Assembly: GCA_964057225.1 (NCBI GenBank)
Contig: OZ059895.1
Span: 18,972,001 to 19,036,000 of the forward strand
Reading direction: 5' to 3'
Origin: Auanema rhodensis
Lineage: Eukaryota; Animalia; Nematoda
DNA: 64,000 nt
Positions within the stretch are counted from its first letter, which is position 1. Each line of letters begins with the position of its first letter. The notes below the pieces were generated by a model. That model was not told the origin of the DNA. It saw only the letters and a program-made list of their open reading frames with translations, and ran no database searches. Below are positions 44,405-54,529 of the stretch, in pieces. Position numbers and translations under genes: made by a program.

Positions 44405-47400
44405 TTTTTTGTGAACAAATCTTCTGGATGGGCTCGATATAAACCTTTTTTCCGGAATAAGGAGAAGTCCTAGCCAAATCTCACTAGGAATTTCAGATTC
44501 TACCCATCTGAATACCCAACCTCAGATTATTTTTATTTGATTTTAGTTGATGATCTTAGAGAAAAAGGGACATTCACCGGGCACAACGTGAATAGAGCCT
44601 GAACTTTTTGTGAACAAATCTTCTGGATGGGCTCGATATAAACCTTTTTTCCGGAATAAGGAGAAGTCCTAGCCAAATCTCACTAGGAATTTCAGATTCT
44701 ACACATCTGAATACCCAACCTCAGATTATTTTTATTTGATTTTAGTTGATGATCTTAGAGAAAAAGGGACATTCACCGGGCACAACGTGAATAGAGCCTG
44801 AACTTTTTTGTGAACAAATCTTCTGGATGGGCACGATATAACCTTTTTTCCGGAATAAGGAGAAGTCCTAGTCAAATCTCACTAGGAAATTCAGATTCTA
44901 CACATCTGAATACCCAACCTCAGATTATTTTTATTTGATTTTAGTTGATGATCTTAGAGAAAAAAGGACATTCACCAGGCACAACGTGAATAGAGCCTGA
45001 ACTTTTTTGTGAACAAATCTTAAAGATGGGCACGATATAAACCTTTTTTCCGGAATAAGGAGAAGTCCTAGTCAAATCTCACTAGGAAATTCAGATTCTA
45101 CACATCTGAATACCCAACCTCAGATTATTTTTATTTGATTTTAGTTGATGATCTTAGAGAAAAAAGGACATTCACCAGGCACAACGTGAATAGAGCCTGA
45201 ACTTTTTTGTGAACAAATCTTAAAGATGGGCACGATATAAACCTTTTTTCCGGAATAAGGAGAAGTCCTAGTCAAATCTCACTAGGAAATTCAGATTCTA
45301 CACATCTGAATACCCAACCTCAGATTATTTTTATTTGATTTTAGTTGATGATCTTAGAGAAAAAAGGACATTCACCAGGCACAACGTGAATAGAGCCTGA
45401 ACTTTTTTGTGAACAAATCTTAAAGATGGGCACGATATAAACCTTTTTTCCGGAATAAGGAGAAGTCCTAGTCAAATCTCACTAGGAAATTCAGATTCTA
45501 CACATCTGAATACCCAACCTCAGATTATTTTTATTTGATTTTAGTTGATGATTTTTGAGAAAAAGGGACATTCACCAGGCACAACGTGAATAGAGCCTGA
45601 ACTTTTTGTGAACAAATCTTATGGATGGGCACGATATAAACCTTTTTTCCGGAATAAGGAGGAGTCCTCGCCAATTCTCACTAGGAAATTCAGATGCTAC
45701 ACATCTGAATACCCAACCTCAGATTATTTTTATTTGATTTTAGTAGATGATTTACGAGAAAAAAGGACATTCACCAGGCACAACTTGAATAGAGCCTGAA
45801 CTTTTTTGTGAACAAATCTTCTGGATGGGCACGATATAAACCTTTTTTCCGGAATAAGGAGAAGTCCTAGTCAAATCTCACTAGGAAATTCAGATTCTAC
45901 ACATCTGAATACCCAACCTCAGATTATTTTTATTCATTTTAGTTGATGATTTACGAGAAAAAAGGACATTCACCGGGCACAACGTGAATAGAGCCTGAAC
46001 TTTTTTGTGAACAAATCTTAAAGATGGGCACGATATAAACCTTTTTTCCGGAATAAGGAGGAGTCCTCGCCAATTCTCACTAGGAAATTCAGATTCTACA
46101 CATCTGAATACCCAACCTCAGCTTATTTTTATTTGATTTTAGTTGATGATTTACGAGAAAAAAGGACATTCACCGGGCACAACGTGAATAGAGCCTGAAC
46201 TTTTTTGTGAACAAATCTTAAAGATGGGCACGATATAAACCTTTTTTCCGGAATAAGGAGAAGTCCTAGTCAAATCTCACTAGGAAATTCAAATTCTGCA
46301 CATCTGAATACCCAACCTCAGATTATTTTTATTTGATTTTAGTTGATGATTTTTGAGAAAAAGGGACATTCACCAGGCACAACGTGAATAGAGCCTGAAC
46401 TTTTTTGTGAACAAATCTTAAAGATGGGCACGATATAAACCTTTTTTCCGGAATAAGGAGAAGTCCTAGTCAAATCTCACTAGGAAATTCAGATTCTACA
46501 CATCTGAATACCCAACCTCAGATTATTTTTATTTGATTTTAGTTGATGATTTTTGAGAAAAAGGGACATTCACCAGGCACAACGTGAATAGAGCCTGAAC
46601 TTTTTTGTGAACAAATCTTAAAGATGGGCACGATATAAACCTTTTTTCCGGAATAAGGAGAAGTCCTAGTCAAATCTCACTAGGAAATTCAGATTCTACA
46701 CATCTGAATACCCAACCTCAGATTATTTTTATTTGATTTTAGTTGATGATTTTTGAGAAAAAGGGACATTCACCAGGCACAACGTGAATAGAGCCTGAAC
46801 TTTTTTGTGAACAAATCTTAAAGATGGGCACGATATAAACCTTTTTTCCGGAATAAGGAGAAGTCCTAGTCAAATCTCACTAGGAAATTCAGATTCTACA
46901 CATCTGAATACCCAACCTCAGATTATTTTTATTTGATTTTAGTTGATGATTTTTGAGAAAAAGGGACATTCACCAGGCACAACGTGAATAGAGCCTGAAC
47001 TTTTTTGTGAACAAATCTTAAAGATGGGCACGATATAAACCTTTTTTCCGGAATAAGGAGAAGTCCTAGCCAAATCTCACTAGGAATTTCAGATTCTACA
47101 CATCTGAATACCCAACCTCAGATTATTTTTATTTGATTTTAGTTGATGATTTTTGAGAAAAAGGGACATTCACCAGGCACAACGTGAATAGAGCCTGAAC
47201 TTTTTTGTGAACAAATCTTAAAGATGGGCACGATATAAACCTTTTTTCCGGAATAAGGAGAAGTCCTAGTCAAATCTCACTAGGAAATTCAGATTCTGCA
47301 CATCTGAATACCCAACCTCAGATTATTTTTATTTGATTTTAGTTGATGATTTACGAGAAAAAAGGACATTCACCAGGCACAACGTGAATAGAGCCTGAAC

Positions 47401-50400
47401 TTTTTTGTGAACAAATCTTAAAGATGGGCACGATATAAACCTTTTTTCCGGAATAAGGAGAAGTCCTAGCCAAATCTCACTAGGAATTTCAGATTCTACA
47501 CATCTGAATACCCAACCTCAGATTATTTTTATTTGATTTTAGTTGATGATCTTAGAGAAAAAAGGACATTCACCGGGCACAACGTGATTAGAGCCTGAAC
47601 TTTTTTGTGAACAAATCTTCTGGATGGGCACGATATAAACCTTTTTTCCGGAATAAGGAGAAGTCCTAGTCAAATCTCACTAGGAAATTCAGATTCTACA
47701 CATCTGAATACCCAACCTCAGATTATTTTTATTTGATTTTAGTTGATGATTTTTGAGAAAAAGGGACATTCACCAGGCACAACGTGAATAGAGCCTGAAC
47801 TTTTTTGTGAACAAATCTTAAAGATGGGCACGATATAAACCTTTTTTCCGGAATAAGGAGAAGTCCTAGTCAAATCTCACTAGGAAATTCAGATTCTACA
47901 CATCTGAATACCCAACCTCAGATTATTTTTATTTGATTTTAGTTGATGATTTTTGAGAAAAAGGGACATTCACCAGGCACAACGTGAATAGAGCCTGAAC
48001 TTTTTTGTGAACAAATCTTCTGGATGGGCTCGATATAAACCTCTTTTCCTGAATAAGGAGACGTTCTAGCCAAATCTCACTAAGAAATTCAGATTCTACA
48101 CATCTGAATAACCAACCTCAGATTATTTTTATTTGATTTTAGTTGATGATTTTTGAGAAAAAGGGACATTCACCAGGCACAACGTGAATAGAGCCTGAAC
48201 TTTTTTGTGAACAAATCTTAAAGATGGGCACGATATAAACCTTTTTTCCGGAATAAGGAGAAGTCCTAGTCAAATCTCACTAGGAAATTCAGATTCTACA
48301 CATCTGAATACCCAACCTCAGATTATTTTTATTTGATTTTAGTTGATGATTTTTGAGAAAAAGGGACATTCACCAGGCACAACGTGAATAGAGCCTGAAC
48401 TTTTTTGTGAACAAATCTTCTGGATGGGCTCGATATAAACCTCTTTTCCTGAATAAGGAGACGTTCTAGCCAAATCTCACTAAGAAATTCAGATTCTACA
48501 CATCTGAATAACCAACCTCAGATTATTTTTATTTGATTTTAGTTGATGATTTACGAGAAAAAAGGACATTCACCAGGCACAACGTGAATAGAGCCTGAAC
48601 TTTTTTGTGAACAAATCTTAAAGATGGGCACGATATAAACCTTTTTTCCGGAATAAGGAGAAGTCCTAGCCAAATCTCACTAGGAATTTCAGATTCTACA
48701 CATCTGAATACCCAACCTCAGATTATTTTTATTTGATTTTAGTTGATGATCTTAGAGAAAAAAGGACATTCACCGGGCACAACGTGATTAGAGCCTGAAC
48801 TTTTTTGTGAACAAATCTTCTGGATGGGCACGATATAAACCTTTTTTCCGGAATAAGGAGAAGTCCTAGTCAAATCTCACTAGGAAATTCAGATTCTACA
48901 CATCTGAATACCCAACCTCAGATTATTTTTATTTGATTTTAGTTGATGATTTACGAGAAAAAAGGACATTCACCAGGCACAACGTGAATAGAGCCTGAAC
49001 TTTTTTGTGAACAAATCTTAAAGATGGGCACGATATAAACCTTTTTTCCGGAATAAGGAGAAGTCCTAGCCAAATCTCACTAGGAATTTCAGATTCTACA
49101 CATCTGAATACCCAACCTCAGATTATTTTCATTTGATTTTAGTTGATGATCTTAGAGAAAAAAGGACATTCACCGGGCACAACGTGATTAGAGCCTGAAC
49201 TTTTTTGTGAACAAATCTTCTGGATGGGCACGATATAAACCTTTTTTCCGGAATAAGGAGAAGTCCTAGTCAAATCTCACTAGGAAATTCAGATTGTACA
49301 CATCTGAATACCCAACCTCAGATTATTTTTATTTGATTTTAGTTGATGATTTTTGAGAAAAAGGGACATTCACCAGGCACAACGTGAATAGAGCCTGAAC
49401 TTTTTTGTGAACAAATCTTAAAGATGGGCACGATATAAACCTTTTTTCCGGAATAAGGAGAAGTCCTAGTCAAATCTCACTAGGAAATTCAGATTCTACA
49501 CATCTGAATACCCAACCTCAGATTATTTTTATTTGATTTTAGTTGATGATTTACGAGAAAAAAGGACATTCACCAGGCACAACGTGAATAGAGCCTGAAC
49601 TTTTTTGTGAACAAATCTTAAAGATGGGCACGATATAAACCTTTTTTCCGGAATAAGGAGAAGTCCTAGCCAAATCTCACTAGGAATTTCAGATTCTACA
49701 CATCTGAATACCCAACCTCAGATTATTTTTATTTGATTTTAGTTGATGATCTTAGAGAAAAAAGGACATTCACCGGGCACAACGTGATTAGAGCCTGAAC
49801 TTTTTTGTGAACAAATCTTCTGGATGGGCACGATATAAACCTTTTTTCCGGAATAAGGAGAAGTCCTAGTCAAATCTCACTAGGAAATTCAGATTCTACA
49901 CATCTGAATACCCAACCTCAGATTATTTTTATTTGATTTTAGTTGATGATTTACGAGAAAAAAGGACATTCACCAGGCACAACGTGAATAGAGCCTGAAC
50001 TTTTTTGTGAACAAATCTTAAAGATGGGCACGATATAAACCTTTTTTCCGGAATAAGGAGAAGTCCTAGCCAAATCTCACTAGGAATTTCAGATTCTACA
50101 CATCTGAATACCCAACCTCAGATTATTTTCATTTGATTTTAGTTGATGATCTTAGAGAAAAAAGGACATTCACCGGGCACAACGTGATTAGAGCCTGAAC
50201 TTTTTTGTGAACAAATCTTCTGGATGGGCACGATATAAACCTTTTTTCCGGAATAAGGAGAAGTCCTAGTCAAATCTCACTAGGAAATTCAGATTCTACA
50301 CATCTGAATACCCAACCTCAGATTATTTTTATTTGATTTTAGTTGATGATTTTTGAGAAAAAGGGACATTCACCAGGCACAACGTGAATAGAGCCTGAAC

Positions 50401-50518
50401 TTTTTTGTGAACAAATCTTCTGGATGGGCTCGATATAAACCTCTTTTCCTGAATAAGGAGACGTTCTAGCCAAATCTCACTAAGAAATTCAGATTCTACA
50501 CATCTGAATAACCAACCT
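44405..50518 (+). repeat. 200-bp tandem satellite, about 30.5 monomers
   Basis: Monomer GAACTTTTTTGTGAACAAATC...GTGAATAGAGCCT recurs every 199-200 bp. Confidence 0.98.
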
Positions 50519-50536
50519 AAGCAAAATGGAAAAATT

Positions 50537-50881
50537 GAAGAATCGAGGAGAAGCTGAGGAAGAACGGAAGGGTCCACGAGGAAACGAAGAGCCTTGGAAG
50601 AACCGAAGTGCCGAGGTGAAGCTGAGGAAGAACGGAAGAGTCCAGGAGGAACCGAAGAGGCCAGGAAGAATCGAAGAGTGCAGGAGAAAGCGACGAGCAG
50701 AGGAAGAGCCGTAGAGCCGAGGAGGAACCGAAGAGTCCAGGAAAAACCGAAGAGCCCAGGAGAGAGCGACAAGCAGAGGAAGAGCCGAAGAGCCGAGGAG
50801 GAACTGAAGAGTCCAGGAGAAACCGAAGAGCCGAGGAAGAACCGAAGAGTCTAGGATAAACCGAAGAAGCAGAGGAAGAAC
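50537..50881 (+). repeat. Purine-rich scrambled repeat (words GAACCGAAGAG, TCCAGGA, GCCGAGGA), part left of the Maverick
   Basis: Short modules in irregular order; the pattern resumes right after the element. Confidence 0.9.
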
Positions 50882-51141
50882 AGTAGTATACAAAAGGTTG
50901 ACGCTGGCGCACCTTTTTTGCAGATTTTCAACATTTTAAAAACATTTTTTCATCGAAAATCGTACTTAATTTCCCCAAAATGTGTCATTTTTGAAAAATG
51001 ACCAAAATTTGTCTGGCGCACCACTTGAGGACCTTTTTAATTTTAAGTTAACGTCACCACATAGAGCTCAATAAAAGACAAACGGAGAGCACGAAATAAA
51101 TGGATATCGCAAACTACTTAAATATTTTTACACGGCATAAT

Positions 51142-52085
51142 TCAATTGGAATCGGTGGAAGACGTACTATCAGAAGAGGTTGGACAGATGTTCTCAACGA
51201 TGTTTTGAAGAGTTTGCTTGATGTGATCCAGCGCAGAGGATTCGTCAGCGTTCGCCGCCGGACCTATAAAACAAAATAAATACATGTCTGTAATCAAAAT
51301 ATTAAAATGTACAAAGATTTAAAAACTCTATGTAAAATAATATAAAAATACCGAGGTAAGCGAGATCAGCGAGGACGGAAGCGCAATTGCTGAGGTTGCG
51401 GAGTCGATTGAAGAGCAGCTTGAACGACGACATCTTAACAAATTAACATTTAAATATTAAATGGTTATGTATACTCTTGCATTAAGTGTTGTAATTTATC
51501 ATTAAAACAATCGAAAGAAATCATACCTCATTGACGTCAGGCTGGAGAAGAGCTGGAGCAAGATGTCCACGCACTGAAAGAAACTTTGAAAAAATAATTC
51601 TAAAAAGCCTATGAATTTCTCCAATAGCAATATTGTTTACAAAATGTTAAGAGCAAGAAAAAGAAAAGTTTATCCTAACCGGAACGACGCCGCAAGTCAG
51701 TCGTGATTCCTTCAATTGCATTGTAGAGGACCTGGCGGACGACATTACCAGAGTTTGAATCCCACTCCTCCAGCCTAAATGGGTAAACGCTTTATGAGTT
51801 ATATTAAAAGGCAAATGAAGATATAAAATCAATTATCAAAAGCTGATAACTGAATGTTTTTTGAAAAATAGAAATATGCACTCACTTGTCACGGACAACA
51901 CTCACGACTCGATTAAGCAAATGTTGGATAGCGAGAGCTTGATCCTAAAATCATATTTTCAATATAAATACAGTCAAAAAATTTTGTAAGCTCCGTTAAA
52001 GCAATTTACATTCTTTTCCCGCTCAAATTCACTGAATAAATACATCCAAAACTTCAAACAATAATAGGTCAACTTACTGAAACAT
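51142..52085 (-). CDS. Intron-containing cargo gene inside the Maverick; unknown helical 144-aa protein
   Basis: Exons 52085-52078, 52031-52010, 51944-51886, 51774-51680, 51573-51527, 51433-51352, 51263-51142. All are GT-AG and phase-consistent: MFHEFEREKNDQALAIQHLLNRVVSVVRDKLEEWDSNSGNVVRQVLYNAIEGITTDLRRRSVRGHLAPALLQPDVNEMSSFKLLFNRLRNLSNCASVLADLAYLGPAANADESSALDHIKQTLQNIVENICPTSSDSTSSTDSN*. Exons are GC-richer than introns. The start codon is the least certain part. Confidence 0.78.
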
Positions 52086-52325
52086 ATCGACGAGCCATCA
52101 TATGTCTACTAGCCTTCTACGTGCGATATGTAAAAATAGTCAAACAGTTCGATATTAAATTACGAACTCCAGAATTAATAAAATCTCTCGAAATAGTCAT
52201 AGGAAAAGGAAAATTCATAGTTGGAAGTCTCTCGGCTTCCTCTGCGTCTCTGCTCACGCGTCACTCTCATCACCCTTCCACTCTGGACCAACCTCAGGTA
52301 AGGTAGCCATGTTTGGGGTTCATGG

Positions 52326-52475
52326 CTAGGTGGAAGTGAATTCACTTTCTAGTGAACACATCCATTTTCTACGAACTTCATCTCTTTTCATTTTCTTATT
52401 TCCTCCGGGTCTTGCAGATCCTGTTGAATTTAAAGAAAGATTTTGGAAACTATCTTCTTGAGTAATTTCTTTCAT
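52326..52475 (-). CDS. 49-aa internally deleted inverted copy of ORF 53021-53311
   Basis: MKEITQEDSFQNLSLNSTGSARPGGNKKMKRDEVRRKWMCSLESEFTST*; the first 25 aa are identical to the + strand ORF. Confidence 0.5.
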   Translation of the reverse strand: MKEITQEDSFQNLSLNSTGSARPGGNKKMKRDEVRRKWMCSLESEFTST

Positions 52476-53095
52476 TTATAAATAAATTACTTTTTCAATA
52501 ATGCCTTCCATAATCATAGAATCGAAGACCTTTGGAAATCATAGATCCTCCGGATTGATAGAAATTTATGATCCCAAGAAAAGGAATGAAATTGTACAAT
52601 CATTCTTGAATCTATGATTTCCAAAGGTCTTCGAGGGGCTGGTATCGTTTCGCCAGCGGGAGTGCTCTATCCCAAATCCGGGGGGTCTGGTGGGGTATCC
52701 CCCCCAGATAGAGAGAGCTTCAACAAAATTTTAAAGTATTAAAAGTATCAGAGAGAGCACTCCCACTCGCAGAGATGAGACTCTTTATTTTCAGGTAAAA
52801 AACGCATGCGCTCTAATGTTAACTCTTAGGGGGGGGGGGTGGGCGAAACGATACCAGCCCCTCGAAGACCTTTGGAAATCATAGATTCAAGAATGATTGT
52901 ACAATTTCATTCCTTTTCTTGGGATCATAGATTTCTATCAATCCGGAGGATCTATGATTTCCAAAGGTCTTCGATTCTATGATTGCGGAAGGCATTTTTG
53001 AAAAAATAATTTATTTATAAATGAAAGAAATTACTCAAGAAGATAGTTTCCAAAATCTTTCTTTAAATTCAACAGGATCTGCAAGACCCGGAGGA
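52401..53095. repeat. Internal inverted repeat of the Maverick: 254-bp arms, 187-bp spacer, nested hairpins
   Basis: 52401-52654 is the near-perfect reverse complement of 52842-53095. Confidence 0.95.
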
Positions 53096-53311
53096 TCTGT
53101 AAGACATTCACCTGGTGAAGGTAGTGAAGGATTCGAAGAAGATTTAAAGAAAATGAAAAGAGATGAAGTTCGTAGAAAAGTTGCAATGATTGGAAGTGAA
53201 TTGAGAAAATACATTCTTAAATCCAAAGAAATCCAAACTATGAGAAAACAAGAAATGGTTGATTTCATTATGAAGTTTAGAGACATTACTTTCGCTGAGT
53301 GTGAAGTTTAG
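53021..53311 (+). CDS. Small intronless Maverick ORF with a Rho_N/HeH-like nucleic-acid-binding motif
   Basis: LKKMKRDEVRRKVAMIG...IQTMRKQEMVDFI resembles the Rho N-terminal helix-extension-helix pattern; TAAATG start context. Confidence 0.55.
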   Translation: MKEITQEDSFQNLSLNSTGSARPGGSVRHSPGEGSEGFEEDLKKMKRDEVRRKVAMIGSELRKYILKSKEIQTMRKQEMVDFIMKFRDITFAECEV

Positions 53312-53396
53312 ATTTTTCTTGAAAAAAATTTTTCTATATAAAAAGGAAGTGTTGGATCCTTCTAAGGTTTGAAAAAGTAATTATTTTTGAGAAATA

Positions 53397-53912
53397 ATGG
53401 ATCATTTCAATTCAATGTCAAGAGATGATCTTCGTAAAGAAATCATTAAACTTCTTGATATAATGTCTGGAGGTGTAAAAAGTAAAAGAATCCTCAGTGA
53501 TTATCCGGAAGATCACTTACTTCATAGCACAGAGAATAAGAAAGTTGTCGGAAAATTCAAAGATGAATTGAATGGAAATATTATAACTGAAATAGTTGCT
53601 CTAAAGCCTAAACAATATGCTTTTAAGACTCTAGATGGTGGTGAAACTAAGAAAAGTAAAGGTGTTAAAAAGAATGTTGTCAAGAATGAGTTGACTGTCG
53701 ATGATTATAAGCACAGCCTTTTTAATAAAACTGTTGTAAGAAAGACTCAATATAGTATTAGGAGTGTTAAACACACTATTATCACACAATGTCAGAATAA
53801 AGTAGCTCTCAAAAATGATGAAGTTTCTACAGAACATAAACGTTATATTATTAAAGATAGTCACTCGACAATGGCATTTGGAAATGTCAATATTAAACCG
53901 AATCTTTTATAA
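53397..53912 (+). pseudogene. Truncated, chimeric protein-primed DNA polymerase B (pPolB) C-terminal fragment
   Basis: SDYPEDHLLHSTENKKVVGKFKDE, IVALKPKQYAF, KKSKGVKK, IRSVKH..QNKVAL, KRYI..TMAFG are typical of the Polinton pPolB C-terminus. The catalytic DTDS motif and the exonuclease domain are absent. Confidence 0.88.
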
Positions 53913-54308
53913 AAGAAATAAAACTGCACTTCCGAAGTCTTCTGAAGTCAAGTCAAAAAAGTAACCACAATGATGGGTTCCGAATTTTTGAAATTGAAAT
54001 GTTGAAAGTTCTATTTTTCTATCTTTTCTATCTTTAAGATATTTTATGATTTCTTCTAGTGGATTCAATCCAAAAGAATCAAAATAATAAATATTTTGTT
54101 TATTCTTGGAGTAGCAAACCCAATGAGTTCTTTTATTATTAGAAGAGTCTAGATTGACAATACCTACTTCTTTTTCTTTAATTCCTTCACTCGGCAATTT
54201 GTCTCTCATAAAGATTCCCCGGAAGTTCTTAATCTTTAATAATTCTACTAATTCAATGAGATCATAATTTGTCAGAGGTTTAAGATTTTTGTCGAATCTC
54301 AGATTCAT
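53907..54308 (-). CDS. Adenovirus-type (adenain-like) cysteine protease of Maverick/Polinton
   Basis: FRGIFMRDKLP, GIVNLDSS..THWVCY, YYFDSFG, Q.Q....HCGYF, with His-Asp-Gln-Cys in catalytic order. The region after CGYF may be shortened. Confidence 0.9.
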   Translation of the reverse strand: MNLRFDKNLKPLTNYDLIELVELLKIKNFRGIFMRDKLPSEGIKEKEVGIVNLDSSNNKRTHWVCYSKNKQNIYYFDSFGLNPLEEIIKYLKDRKDRKIELSTFQFQKFGTHHCGYFFDLTSEDFGSAVLFLL

Positions 54309-54529
54309 CACTTAATAGCAGTAAAAACAATAAATACAAATGAAAAATTGAAAGTGGGCAAAATGGGTAAGTGGTGCGCCAGACAAATTTTGGTCATTTT
54401 TCAAAAATGACACATTTTGGGGAAATTAAGTATGATTTTCAATGTAAAAATCTTTTTAAAATGTTGAAAATCTGCAAAATCGCATTTGCGCAAAAAAGGT
54501 GCGCCAGCGTCAACCTTTTGTATACTACT

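Larger units (their letters stand above)
50882..54529. mobile_element. Non-autonomous Maverick/Polinton derivative, 3,648 bp
   Basis: Termini AGTAGT...ACTACT; TIRs 50882-51026 and 54369-54529; 6-bp TSD AAGAAC at 50876-50881 and 54530-54535; internal pPolB fragment and adenain-like protease. No integrase, ATPase or capsid gene seen. Confidence 0.93.

Noticed and set aside
45608-45799. 63-aa ORF in a satellite monomer (also 63306-63497)
   Set aside because: Chance stop-free variant; most monomers have stops in this frame
51113-51745. Second reading frame open over the last four cargo exons (MSSARSSTMQLKESR...LCRVKIFK)
   Set aside because: It is blocked by a stop in exon 3 and has an Ser/Arg-rich shadow-frame composition. 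The 144-aa frame explains all seven exons. Dual coding cannot be fully excluded.
52635-52861. Separate nested MITE with GGGGCTGGTATCGTTTCGCC ends
   Set aside because: The inverted match continues for 254 bp with no TSD, so it is the inner end of the larger palindrome
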